DNA from: Octopus sinensis | Lineage: Eukaryota | DNA length: 64,000 nucleotides | Reading direction: 5' to 3' | NCBI RefSeq assembly: GCF_006345805.1 | Contig: NC_042997.1 | Coordinates: 104,532,001 to 104,596,000 of the forward strand | Shown here: piece after piece, positions 39,221 through 53,100 of the stretch | Layout of the letters: each line of letters begins with the position of its first letter | Numbering within the stretch: position 1 is the stretch's first letter | Position numbers and translations under genes: made by a program | Notes under the pieces: model-generated | What the model was told of the DNA's origin: nothing | Database searches by the model: none | Seen by the model: only the letters and a program-made list of their open reading frames with translations

Positions 39221-39669
39221 CCAGCATCACCAGCACCACAACCACCGCCACCATATATATATATATATATATATATTGCTAGCAAAGGAGCAACCCCCAC
39301 ACTCCTCCAGCAGAAGAGTTGATCACGAGATTCCGTTTCGAGCTAGTTTGCTTATCCTCAGTCCCGAACACCAGGCCGCACGAGAGATGGCCAGAGTTCG
39401 CTCCAGCTACCAATATATTATAAACAAAGCGACCACTGGTCACTGAATTGCAACAAGCAAAGTAGCTAGTTGTAAACTCTTCATAAGAGATGAGATTAGT
39501 AACTATACTAACAAGGAAAGTTAATCATAAAAGATATCATAGCTCTTCAGTGAGAGTATATGAGACAAATTAGGAAAAGGAAACCGATAGGAATGTTAAG
39601 AAGCGCTTCTGAGGGCAATTAATCCTTTCAGGGAATTTATGTTCTCTCTCTCTCTCTCCCTCTTTTACT

Positions 39670-40062
39670 CTTTACTCTTTTACTTGTTTCAGTCATTTGA
39701 CTGTGGCCATGCTGGAGTATCTCCCTTAGTCGAGCAGGACTTATTCTTTGTAAGCCTAGTACTTATTCTATCGGTCTCTTATGCCGAGCCGCTAATGTTA
39801 CAGGGACGTAAACACACCAGCATCGGTTGTCAAGCAATGTTGGGGGGACAAACACAGACACACAAACATATACACATAAACATACATACATATATATATA
39901 CATATATACGACAGGCTTCTTTCAGTTTCCGCCAACGAAATCCACTCACAAGGCTTTAATCAGTCCGAGGCTAAAGTAGAAGACACTTGCCCAAGGTGCC
40001 ACGCAGTGGGACTGAACCCTGAACCATGTGGTTGGTATGCAACTTACCACACAGCCGCTCCT
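39670..40062 (-). mobile_element. Full-length SINE family A
   Basis: Colinear with 49505-49942. Confidence 0.92.
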
Positions 40063-40708
40063 GTCTTTTTAAATTATTAATATTGTAAAAGTTGAGATGT
40101 TCATAAGCCAAAACTAGGTGTTTTCATATAAAAGAATTGTGTCTACTTGACCACAACATTGGTTTCTTTACATCCCCTTTTGATCTAGCGGTTCGGCTCA
40201 AGACAGCAATACTATAAGTACTAGACTTTAAAATATGTACTAGGGTTGATTTGTTCGACTCATCTATTTGAGGGGTTGCACTAACAAGACGGCAGTTAAA
40301 ACAATCCTCCTAAGGGCGATTTCGGACTAAAAAAAAATAGGAGAAAGGCTAAACAGCATTGAGTAGTCTTCCTGTCCGATAACAGAAACTTTCCAGGGTG
40401 CCTACATTTTTAGAAGATCGTTGCGTCCTTACATCTAATAAGGATTTATGTCCTTTTGACTTAACAGATCCTTATTAAATGTGTATAATAAGATCTAAAA
40501 AAATCCCAGTAGACAGTTCTAACTTTCTCGTATATTTCTCGTATATTTCTCGTATATATTTTCTCGTATTTCATTTCAAAATAGGCATCTTTTTAAATGT
40601 ATGCACGATAGCCGGTGCTGAACCATATACTATACAAGCCTGTTCGATTAAAGCATGAAACATAAAGTAGCTCGCGTATAACTCCTGTAATCATTTTACA
40701 AAATATAT

Positions 40709-40744
<36 letters not shown>

Positions 40745-40853
40745 GTCTGTCGGTCTGTCTCGCTCTCTCTTTGTATATATATATATAAGAATTTTTTGCG
40801 TAATGAGATAAAAAAAACCAAGGCTGTGTAGATATTAGAACATTTATAGATAG

Positions 40854-40905
40854 GTCTTACAACTGTTTCCTGGATATTTATTAATTATATCCCCTCATCG
40901 GAGAC
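40854..40905 (-). ncRNA. Type-I hammerhead-like motif with U4C core variant
   Basis: GUCU-CCGAUGA-GG GGAUAU...AUAUCC AG-GAAAC-AGUU-GUA-AGAC. Confidence 0.6.
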
Positions 40906-41050
40906 GGTGTAAGAGGATGGTTAAGTAATAATTAATTTAGATGGGATATAAAATAGAGAGTGAGGTGGAGGAAAGAAAATAGATGTGAGATATGTAGGGA
41001 TATTGAAGTTGTAGATCCATTTTTTAGGCAGAATTGTATATATATGTAGG

Positions 41051-41216
41051 ATTCCAATACCTTATGAGAAAAATCCAACAGCATTTAAAATAGTTAATTC
41101 CAAGTATAGAGTTTATACACAATGTAAGATTCTAATACCTTATGAGTAAGATCCAACAGCATTTTAAATTGTTCATTCCAAATATAGAGTTTTTACAAAA
41201 TGTAAGATTCCAATAC
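41051..41216 (+). repeat. 78-bp tandem duplication, two copies plus a 10-nt partial
   Basis: Units 41051-41128 and 41129-41206; ATTCCAATAC restarts at 41207. Confidence 0.9.
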
Positions 41217-42411
41217 ATTTATATACACGCACAAATACACAAGCACGCGCGAGCACACACACAGACACACACACATACAAGTGTGTACGTGTGCGCAAGA
41301 AATATATATATATACATCCATACATATGTGTATGTGTGTGTTCTGATGTGTATGTGTCTTTATGTAAATCTTTCTAATACATAAAGTTTAGCGCTACATT
41401 GAAACACACTTGTAATCTAATCTATTTACATATCATATTATGTAAGATGCCACTGCTTATATTTGCCCTCTTTTATTTGTGTACTTATTATTTTTATTAT
41501 TATTGATATTTCTTAACAAGCTTTATCTAATATAGCTTACCAAATTCCCTATCCTCGTTAGCTTTTTTATTTTTAACTTAACTACCCTTCACATGTGTCT
41601 ATATATGTAAAGGTGCCTGTTTGTCTCTTTCTGTATGTGTGCGTGTATACTCGTGTGTGTGTGCGTTTGTGTGAATGTGTGTGTGTGTGTGTGTGTGCAT
41701 GAATGCCACCCTGTATGGGGCATTTGATTTATATTTGTGTTTTGTTTTGGCCTTCCGTGTTTTTCTTCCTATTTTGCGGAGGTCGACATAAGAGTCACGC
41801 TAGAGATATGTACTTATAGATATGTACAACATAGACCTCTCTTGTTGCTTCCCTTGCAAAGATACGACTACAAGCTAAAAATAGTTTACCAGAAAATGTT
41901 TTGATATAAACCTTTATACATTTGTTGCTGTTGTTGTACTTGTTGTAGTTGTTCACATTGTTATTTATGACACGTTGTTTCATACTTCAAATTTTATTTA
42001 AAATATCTACAGTATCTGCTATTATTTATTAGAAAATTATCAAAGAGGGAATATTTTTATAATGTGAGTCATATTAAAGATAAGGAGCAAAAATGTTGAT
42101 GATAAAATGCATAAAGATATTTCAAATTAATGCAAAGAATCTTTCTTATCAAGTTTGGAATAATAGAGATTTCTAACATAAGCAGAAACTGAAAATTTTG
42201 TGTGGGATTGGTGGAGTCGATTTACTAGATCAACGTCTCCACGTTCCCATATTTGTTTACATTTATTGCACCTCAACAGTATTTGAACCTGGAATAACGT
42301 AATTAAATGCCACATCTTTAATTTCTCGTTCAAACTAAAGTGCTCTTCACAATTTGTGACTACTTACTCAATGATTAGAATGTATTTCATTCCGTTTTTT
42401 CTCTTGAAAAG

Positions 42412-42588
42412 AAATGTCTTGAAGTGGTTGAGGAAATTACTCTTGGAATTGATGGCATGCAATCGTTCCGGTCCACGAACACTATGTCGCAGCTCTGTCA
42501 CTTGGCTCTGCCAAATGATCGTATTCTCATTTCTATCATGATTAGATTTAGCCGACAACACAACGTGTCTCGCATTGAAGAAATACTT
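42412..42588 (+). CDS. Candidate 177-nt symmetric exon, unknown protein
   Basis: TTTTTTCTCTTGAAAAG| acceptor, CTT|GTGAGT donor; KCLEVVEEITLGIDGMQSFRSTNTMSQLCHLALPNDRILISIMIRFSRQHNVSRIEEIL; the opposite strand is also open. Confidence 0.3.
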
Positions 42589-45019
42589 GTGAGTTAATAT
42601 CAGAGTCAGTACGTCGATTGAGATGCCTTTCCTACATTGCATCCTTTATTCTACCGCTAGTGCCCTCTCAGAACTATTTTTCTATTTATTGCTATTTGTT
42701 TGATAAATATTATGGATTCTTCTTTCATCGCCCTTTCCAAATCGCTTCAAAGCCTGTTGCTAAGGATCTACCCACTAATTGTAGCTTAACTAGTTCGGAA
42801 ATCAGGAAAACTATAAACATTTTGCGCCAAGAAATATACGTTCAAACTCCAGAAACTGATTTCCTTCTCTAAGTTGATCGTGCAAATCAAACATTTTGTC
42901 TTCTGTGTAGTTGTTCATCTGAAAACTCGATAATATAACCTTTCTTCGTCTACTGGGCTAAATAAAGATGACCAGATACGGTTGCTCAATGTCTACATTG
43001 GTGCATCCAAGGTAACCCAGTGAATATCCGTCAGTTGTTTGGATTCATAGATTTAACCTTTTTTTATTGCCTAACTCCAAAATAATGCATGATTAGTCCT
43101 TGGAACCATTCTCTCATAAGTACTAAATAGTGGAATGTTCTAGGTGTCTGATGAAATTCAGTCGACCATGAAGTTTGCTTGCAACATCACCGACTTACTA
43201 CCCAAATCTACGAAAGTAGTCTGTGACAGTCAGATTCAAACCACTCCAAAACAGCACTTTACTTCACCTGCTACCTGATACTGGCCAAAAATAAGATGCG
43301 TATTATTCGCAAACATAAATATCAGTACAAGTAGGTATGTCCCGGAAATTCTGTTGTCGAATGATATAAACCTAGCTACTACATCTATATCTACTGATGT
43401 GACATCATTCAAAATGTGACGTTGATTTTAAGCTAACCCTTGGTCACGTAGATTTAAACATACTGCTCGATGAATGCCAATTTTGTACAAATTATATGTT
43501 TTAGAAAGATTATATTTATCCCAAATATGGGAAAGTGGAGGCTTTGTTCTACTTGAGCGCATTTATATAATATCCATTGTAGGAATAAAGAAATCCTTAT
43601 TAAAAAGTAATGAAAATTTAATCAAGTACAAACATGAACAAAGCAAGAAACTGATTTGTGTTTTCAAGGAAGACAACGATACTAAGCTGAAGTTGAATAG
43701 ACAGGTACGTGAGAGCTAAAAGAAATTGACACACCTAAAATATATGCTATAAATGAACCTCCGAAATGTCATCCCTATATGGCCAATACAGGAAAAAACT
43801 CATGATGGTGAAACAGAAAAAGAAATATTGCAACATGTGCTGGGCTGTGCAGGATGTTAAGCTGAAACAGACGTATGAAAACCTTCCAGGCAGAAACTTC
43901 CCGGAAGCTGTCATACTCCATAATGTAGAGGTCAAAAAGAAACAAAGTAACCACATTGTTTTGCCTTTCAAGGCGTAGACAGGAAAGTATACACTTACAG
44001 AGATCACACATTTTGGGTATTTTAAAACAACTGCAAATTGTGCCACAGTTATGAAATACGAGCAGAGAAACATGACCTAACTAAGCGTATTACGATTTGG
44101 CAATACGCAAGGATTTACCAATAACGCAAAATAACGAGATCAAGACTAAAATCCTGGATATTGCTACGAAAAACCTTACAAAATAACTGTACCCTTTTCG
44201 AAGTATCAGCAGAAACAGTTGATAATGTATATTAGAGCTAATAGAAAATAGTTAAAATAATCTAACCACAAAGATCTGAAAATATATATCACCAGAAAAT
44301 GATGACCGAAAATAGAAATTATCCATTGCTTGGAAAATGATTTAAGCGCATGCAGAAAAACATAAAGCAAAATATAGGACATGCGAAAATGCACATTTTT
44401 AATAACAACTGCAATACAGCTAGAACTGGAAAGAATGTCAGGATGGATTTGAATGTAGGAAACCCAGTTTTATACTAGTATTGGTTCTTGATTGCCTTTG
44501 GCGATATCCTTTCTGTCGTAAGTATCCGGGAAAGATCTCCGATCAGAAGAAGGCCGTCCATTACTCTTCCTAGTTGTTAAGAAGACAGGTAATAAAACCT
44601 ACCCTTTCTTTCTCTAATTAAACCACGAAGATAGCATTGAAAAGAAAAATACATGTTTTAGAAACATCCACTGCGTTAGAAACTTTATAAATGCCAAAAG
44701 GAGATTCCGAAAAGAAATTAAACACCTTAAAACAACCTTTTAACACAAAACCTGATGGAAATAGTTCTCCTGGGATGCATTCGAAGGGGGACATAATTCT
44801 TTCGTCAGTTGAAGGATATGCTTCTCAAGGAAATAGGTTTTGTATCTTTAAGATAGATTAGCTGACATTTTTCATGTAATATGATCAGACCAGTAAATAC
44901 TCGGCATGTAATAGCTATGTAATCATTTAAATCTGTCAACAAACCAGAATTAGAAATATATCTACATAAAAGCACATACATGATATATTTGTGTGTGTGT
45001 GAATCTCTATGTATATATA

Positions 45020-45080
<61 letters not shown>

Positions 45081-45389
45081 TATATACATATACATGGTTT
45101 CGGGGGATATATTATCCTGGCGGTTACCGTATTAAAACTTAGATCGGTTCTCAATACCAGGTAGCCACACCGAATGTTGGTTAAACTCAAGTTAGTGAAA
45201 ATTTATTAGACTTGGTAAATCTGAATGTCCACAGAGGAAACAATGAAGTTTTCAACATACCCACACAAAGATTTTCCCATTTGGTCTGTTAAAGATTTTT
45301 TTTTCATTCTCCCATGCGCCAGCTTACCAAGTTAGTGTGATAGTCGAAAGACCCTTTCTGTTATTTATTTATGTGGCAATTATTTTTCT

Positions 45390-46425
45390 TTTGTTGTATA
45401 GCCGAAAAATTTAGCAGAACTGCACAAAACATTTAGCAGAACTGTCAGATTTTCAAAGAAGTCGTATTGTTGGACAATCTGAGGCTCGTCTTAGACAGCG
45501 AAAAATTGCCGAAAATCTTCAAATTCCTCTTGCTACTGTTAATAGAATTATTGTGCATTTCAAAAGCCAAGGAAAAGAATCAACAGATTCTCGTCCCGGT
45601 CGACCTGGGCTCGTAGAAAGGAAGCTTCACTGTTTGAAGTGAATTGTGGAAAACAAACCCCGTTCGAAAGTTTCTGACATTGCAAAACAGCAAAAAGTTA
45701 CTCCAAGAACGTGTGTTACATATCTGTATAAGCTTGGGTATTATGAACATTGCGTTAGAAGAAAACCTCTCCTTCAACTAATTAAGATCATGAAAAAGAG
45801 AAATGCGCTAAGGAGATGTCAGAGAAATCCAGTTCATTTTGGGATAGAGAGATTTTCGCAGATGAATCCAGATTTGCATTATTTTCAGACAGTACACGTG
45901 TTTGGGTATGAGGGTTGCCCAATCAAGAATTTGATTTGAAACGACTCCAACTAACTGTGAAACATGGCGGTATCTCTGTAATGGTATGGGGAGCTGTCAC
46001 CAGCAATGGTCGTTCTGAGCTGATCGAATGTGTTGGAACCATAAACTCTGAAAAATGCATCGAAATACATAAGCAAGGACTACGTCCAATGTATTCACAT
46101 AATAACATAACGAAAAATGGGTTTTTATTCATGGAAGATGGGGCTCCATGCCACACAGCGAAAAGGAATCAATAATGGCTGACTGAAAATGGGATCAAAA
46201 AACTTCATTGCCCGAGCCAATCTCCTGGCATGAATCCAATTGAAAATCTTGGAACGTACGAAAAACTCGACAGAAACCTAAAACTAAAGATGAAATGTTT
46301 CGATTGTTGCGTGAAAAGTGGGCAGAAATTTCACAAGAGACAATCACAAAGCTCATCAGTTCAATGCCAAAAAGAGTTTCTGAATTAAAATCTGTAAAGG
46401 GAATGTCAACTAAATACTTAAGTAT
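45390..46425 (+). pseudogene. Tc1-family transposase pseudogene; TIRs not found
   Basis: [80 protein letters not shown]. Confidence 0.92.
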
Positions 46426-46559
46426 ATAGTCTTGCCTATTGATTACATTGTTCGCTTTGCGTATTAAATAAAATATTTTGAAAATTAAAGATGCCTATTT
46501 ACTTCCTGCATGTTTGTGTATATAAATATATATGCATATATATGTATGTATATATATAC

Positions 46560-46606
<47 letters not shown>

Positions 46607-48273
46607 GCACATACGTATATATATATATGCACATACTTATATATAAATACATACATGTATAAATACACATACATATATATCCATATAAATATGTATGTAT
46701 ATATAAATATATGTATGTGTGTGCGTGCGGCTGTGTAGTTGTTTGTTTCGATATGGATGAATGTAAGTGTGTATGTGTGTGTGTGTGTGTGTGTTACATC
46801 TGAAAATCTTAAGACTATTCTTTCATCATCTGTAGATGAAACATTTTGCAAGTTATGAGTAAACTTTTCGTATAGCCTAATATTTACTCTCTCTCTCTCT
46901 CTCTCTCATACACACACACATGCTCATACACACACACACACGCTCATACACACACACACACACACAAAAAAAAACGCACGCGCTCGTCCGCACATAGTTA
47001 TGTGTTTATATGTACACACACACACACACACATACATAAGCGTGTACGCATCTAAGAACATAATGTAAATATGTTTGTTGCTGTTTCCAAAGTGTCTACA
47101 GTTAAAACAAAAAAAGACAATGATTTCTTTTGTTTTATCCATTCACATCTTTTTAAGTTTATATAGATGAAAATGATATCTTTAATTTCACTTTTTGTTG
47201 AATGATCACAATTCTCGCTTTTTTTCTCTCTGTTTTATTTCTTTTATATTTTTGTCCATTTAGCTTACAGCATATGGTCTTATTTTAGGTGAAGCAAATT
47301 TTATGTAGTAAAATTAAGAGGAACATCATGCTAAACATAGAAAGACATTATAGTTGGCCTTCTTATCTTAATATTAGTCAAGACATGAAATGGTCCCATG
47401 ATACAAAGCATTCACAAAATATCTCTTGCTCATATCTGTCAATAGTTTCTTTAGATTTTATCTTAATACGTAAATATTCAGGAAGGGAACAATTGGAGAA
47501 AGAAATTATACACACAACACACACGAAGTTGTGTGTGTGTATGTGTGTGGTGTGTGTGTGTGTGTGTGTGTGTGTGTATTTGTGTGTGTTTATTTGTGTG
47601 TGTGCTTGAGTAAATTTATATATAGTCTCCTTTAGAGAGATTTAGAAATAATAATAATAATAATAATAATATATATATATATATATACACTCACCCACAT
47701 ATATACATAAACATATATATTATACATACATATATAATATATGTAAAGTATATTTATATATAAGAATGTAATTTATGCATCTTCATGTACACACACATAC
47801 ATATTCGTATATGTGTTACATATGCATATATATATATATATGTATATAAATATACATGTATATAAATATACATATATAGATCTATAGATATGCATACATA
47901 CTTTCACATATACCTATATATCTGTATATATATATATATGTATATCATATGTTATATATTTATATATAATATATACATATGTGTGTGTATGGATATCAGA
48001 AGATACATTTAAAAGTATTTATGAAAGAAAAACAGCTTATACATATCGAAATATTTAGAAACGAACATTTCAAATAAACAAGCCTGTCTTATATTTATGG
48101 TCATGGTGATCATGTGTTAGTAGTGAGTACAACTATGTACGTTGAAGCTTTCAGACTGCTACTAATAATAAAGTTTCTGCAGAGCCAATTGTATGTCCTC
48201 TCGACACCATGAACATAACCGTGCGCCAGGATTCTATATTTTGAAATTTATTTATATGTAGCAAGAGTGAGCA

Positions 48274-49208
48274 CGAGGTATTATGAAAGAGTTCTCGGAC
48301 TAGTTATGTCTAATAAAAACATAACTCATTAACCTAAGTTCTAACATAATCTCTAACATAACTCATTAACCTAAGTTCTAACATAATCTTCTTCGAAATA
48401 CTCACCTTGAGCAGTAATACACTGGTCCGAACATTCCTGCTACTTCTGGAATGCGGCCTGAAAGTCGTTTCCCGTAACAGAGTCGAGAAATTCTGCGATT
48501 CGCTCTTGATCTCGACAGCAATGTTAAGACGGTGACCTTTGAGCAGCATTTTCATCTTGAGGAACAAATGTAGGTCCACAGGTGTTAGATCTAGAGAATT
48601 GGGCGGATGTGGAAGCGATATGATGTAGTTTTGGCGATAAACTCACGAATGAGGAGAGCTCAGCGACAGGGTACCTTATCATCATAAAGAATCCAATTCT
48701 TTGCGCTGCACAGAACCGAATGTCCCCCCTCAAGCACTTCAAAAAGTCGCAGTAGAACACTCGATTGCTGATCTGGTCCTGGGTGACGAATTCTCGATGC
48801 ACAAAACCGCATTTCCGGAGGTGACGCTTGTAGGTCTTCCAGGTTGATCATTGTCTTTCAGGGACGTTCTTCGGCCTTTGAAGTGCCCACACCACTGGAA
48901 ACATTGCGTACGACCTATTGCCTCGTTGCCGTAAGCTTGCCGAAACAAGCTCAATGTCTCTGTAGCAGACTTCTCCAGTTTAACGCAAAATCTCACGTTG
49001 TCGCTTTGTTTCTGTCCATGACAAAAGTCGCAGACTACAGCATATACGTGATCACGTAAACATAAATTTAACAACTTGTGAAGTAGAAACAGCGATATCG
49101 CTCGATATACTGCCTCATGAAGGTCACTCTAGCTCTCACTGCACATACAATGGTACCATCTGTTGGCTTGCTACAGAACTAGTGCGGGACCTTTTTGGTA
49201 CCACCTCA
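48274..49208 (-). mobile_element. Internally deleted mariner (DD34D-like) with degenerate TIRs
   Basis: NVRFCVKLEKSATET...GRPTS joined to HREFV...YDDKVPC...DLTPVD...LFLKMK; TIRs CGAGGTATTATGAAAGAGTTCTCGGACTAG / TGAGGTGGTACCAAAAAGGTCCCGCACTAG(rc); internal tandem duplication at about 48320-48390. Confidence 0.9.
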
Positions 49209-49215
49209 CATACTA

Positions 49216-49254
<39 letters not shown>

Positions 49255-49352
49255 CACGTCACGTGACCGAACAGACCATCAGATGTTACACATCACTGGT
49301 CACAATGCGTTCGCATTGTTTTAGCTTTCGAATGACGCCACCCCGCTGGCTT
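49255..49352 (-). mobile_element. 3' tail fragment of the OR-type SINE (alternative tail)
   Basis: Reverse complement of 55625-55742. Confidence 0.75.
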
Positions 49353-49388
49353 AGCGAGCAGGTCAATATATATATATTAATATGCATG

Positions 49389-49461
<73 letters not shown>

Positions 49462-49504
49462 ATATTATATATATGTATATATATTATGTATATATATATA
49501 TATA

Positions 49505-49942
49505 TCTTTTACTTGTTTCAGGCATTTGACTGCGGCCATGCTGGAGCACCGCCTTTAATCGAGCAACTCGACCCCGGGACTTATTCTTTTGTAAGCCCAG
49601 TACTTATTCTATCTGTCGCTATGTGTTGGAACCATAAACTCTGGAAAATGCATAGAAATACATAAGCAAGGACCGAACCGCTAAGTAACGGGGACATAAA
49701 CACACCAGCATCGGTTGTCAAGCAATGCTAGGGGGACAAACACAGACACACAAACACACATACACACATATATATATACATATATACGACGGGCTTCTTT
49801 CAGTTTCCGTCTACCAAATCCACTCACAAGGCTTTGGTCGGCCCGAGGCTATAGTAGAAGACACTTGCCCGAGGTGCCACGCAGTGGGACTGAACCCGGA
49901 AGCATGTGGTTGGTAAACAAGCTACTCACCACACAGCCACTC
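49505..49942 (-). mobile_element. Full-length SINE family A carrying a 52-nt Tc1-derived insertion
   Basis: Colinear with other copies except at 49621-49672. Confidence 0.93.
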
Positions 49943-50019
49943 CATATATATTGGTCTGAAATTTTGACACAAGGCCAGTATTTTTTATCTATAAAGAAGC
50001 TAAGTCAATTAAACTGTCC

Positions 50020-50170
50020 CTAGAGCTCAAGTAGTGCTTATTTTATCGATCGCGAAATGTTGAAATGCTAAATTTACCTCGGCGGAATTTGAGCCCTGAA
50101 CGTAAGGACGGGCAAAATTTTTGCTAAGTATTTTCCCCGGCGTGGTTAATGATTCTGCCAGCTCACCATC
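50020..50170 (-). mobile_element. Decayed SINE family B
   Basis: CCTCGGCGGAATTTGAG...GCTAAGTATTTT...GATTCTGCCAGCTCACC. Confidence 0.8.
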
Positions 50171-53100
50171 TTATTATTCTATTGATTTCTGCGTTAAGTT
50201 AGTTTAAGACATTTTGAGCTATCAATATTCGGACATCCTATATTTGATTTATGTGAGATACATTTTTTCCAACTAAATTTCTCAAGAAAATCATGCTGGC
50301 TTCTGTATGCGAAGTTGTGCCTTTATTACGTGTTTTAAGGCTCTAAATTTTTTTTATTTTCAATATCCGCTGCTGAAATTTCTTAATTTTCTTGATTACA
50401 TACTTGAGTACATACCCGTCCTACAGATGGAGAAACTAAGTATAAAGTATATCGTTTTATGCTTTAATTTATCATGCAAAACACTTAGTAGGTATCAAAA
50501 CGATACGTTTGGATAAAATTAATTAGTGCTCATATCGAGATAAATTATTTATGCGATTTTATTTTCAAACGTGCCTTTGTAAGTAACACCTGTTTAACGT
50601 GTGAATTGTATAGTAAAGTAAATTTACGAAAATAAGAGATAAATGCAGCATGTTTTTGTTACATATATGTTGAACTTAAAGCGTAATAATGGTTTCTGAA
50701 TGAGTCCCAATGCCAGTAGTTTTGAGAGTTGCGCAAGCCGATACTATTGCTCCAGTAACTGACTGATACTATATTTCATCGTCCACGGAAGGGTGGAAAG
50801 CGTGATTTGAACACAGAACGAAAAATGTCGAAGCATACCGTGAGTCACTTTGCCTATGCTTTAATCAGTTTGCCAAACCACTACACTTTACATGTTTTAT
50901 AATGGACAGGAACACATATTAGAGCACCGGGTAGATTGATTAGTACCATTAGAGCACCGGGTAGATTGATTAGTAAAAATTCTGAACTACGAGCTCAATT
51001 CTCGCTAAGGTCAACTTTCTCTTTCGTCTTTTCGGTGTCCTATAAGTAACTTACTAGTCGTATACTTGTGTTGTCTTTTATCTTCTTTCACTCTTTTCGT
51101 CCGTATCACTTACATGGAAAAATCGGTTGTGAATTGACCTTGACTGTGATAGATTCTGCTAGCTCTTCACAGGCCTAAGTCACGCTGTATTTTGATTCGG
51201 CGCACTCATTCTTTATTAAGGTCAACCCTAGAATATAGTAAAAGGCATGCTCAAGTAGTAGGACCCGAATTTTTTTAACCACACGGCTTATATATTTTTG
51301 CATATAAGCGCACGTCCCTTTAGGTCAGTCTGAATAACATCTGGACTAACCTTTATTGTTCCATAACTTTGTAGTTCCACAAATAATAATCGATAGAACG
51401 AATAGAGACAGGGTAGATATGCATAATTCAAACGTTGTAGGCAGCTACGAATACACAAATAAGAGAATCTACACACTCACCTACATACATAGTGTTGTGT
51501 GGAAGTAGAACACCCCTATTGGCTAGCTCCTAATGGACTGTGCCACAATATAAATGGACATACGCAAAGAGCCTTGAGCAGTGTAAAGCTGAGAGTTGCG
51601 TATTATCGAGGGTTATTACCAGTATCTTTAGTAGAAAGATTTGCAAGGACATTATTATCCCGTTATATCGTACGTTGAACGTGCGATACAACACATAGAT
51701 ACATACATACATACATACATACATACATACATACATACATACATACATACATACATACATACATACATACATGTATACAGGCATGCATACGTACATAGAT
51801 ACATATATATATATACTTCATACAAATTACATTCATATGTTTGTGTGTGTGTGTATGTATGTCATAATAATGCTAATCAAACAAGGAAGACTGAATATTT
51901 CCTGATAATATTCTTCTATGTATATGAGTTCATTTTTGATAATTATATCTTCCTTTATGATAACGTCGACGTAGGATAATCGCTCTTGGGAATTCGTAAT
52001 CTTCGCGTGAATTACTTTTCACATCAAGTTCTAACAAAGTTTACAAGAAATAGCTTTGTTTTCTTTTTTAAATATTCACATATTTTCTTTATAGATTGCC
52101 TATATTATTTTACAATTGATGTTACACAAATAGATGCTTGTACACAACTTCATTTTTAATTTTTTTCTTCAAATTCCTAGAGTGATGAGGTCTCCTGATG
52201 CAACGATAAATACACCAATGCTGTTATTGTTTTTATATCTTTGAGTGAGGAGAAAATACAGTTTCCAGGACCCTTTACAAAGCTTCTCGGATTGGATAGG
52301 AAAGTATCTAGAAACCGGAGACCTGGTATAAATACTTTCGACAAAATGAACTCTGTTTATGGCAATAAAAGTGCCAGGCAGTAAGGTATGGAGATTTCAA
52401 TATAAAGAACATGTACAACTGTCACAAGGGATTCGATCCAAAATTCTTCCAGTGAAGCTAATCCACTGCCTTGGGTTGGTAATTTTTTCAATCTTTAAAG
52501 AATAAAATGGAAAGGTGATCCCGGCAGTGTATGTATTCAAATCACAGAGACACGGTATAAGTATCGCTCGGCATTTCATCCGACATTTTCAGGATGCTTG
52601 CAATTCGTCATCGTTTAACTCAGTCTTATAATCTAGAGAATTTAATCCGTGGTTATTCTGCATTTTAGGGGTAAGAGATCCTTACTGAACATGTTATTGC
52701 GTCTGCTCAAGAAAGTGATTTTATCAATGATTTTGATATATGGGCCAACATTAGTTTAAGTCTGTTAAAAAATGTTTCGCCTTCCACACAACAGTTGCCG
52801 ATTATCTAATTATTTATTGCTTTAAATATTTTAAGATACTTGAAAAAAATTTATAAAACATGTACTAATAAGAATTTTAAATGCAAGTTTTGCTTTGGGC
52901 AAAATGTGACTCATATACGTATATAACAAGTTGAATGACTCAATAATTTTCGAAGTGTGATGCACGAAAGTTATTACATATTATTTATAAAGCTAGTGAA
53001 TGCGCGCACGAGAGAGAAAGAGATAGATAGATAAATAGATACATAGATAGAAATAAATAGATGTAAACATGTGCGTGTGTTTATATACGACGAGCTTCAG

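Noticed and set aside
42950-43200. Nuclear-receptor-like words GLNKDDQIRLL and STMKFACNI
   Set aside because: They occur in the wrong order for a ligand-binding domain and are interrupted by stops
50918-50975. 28-nt direct repeat x2 (period 30); also the 16-bp x4 repeat at 319
   Set aside because: No unique spacers and no cas genes; simple tandem duplications, not CRISPR
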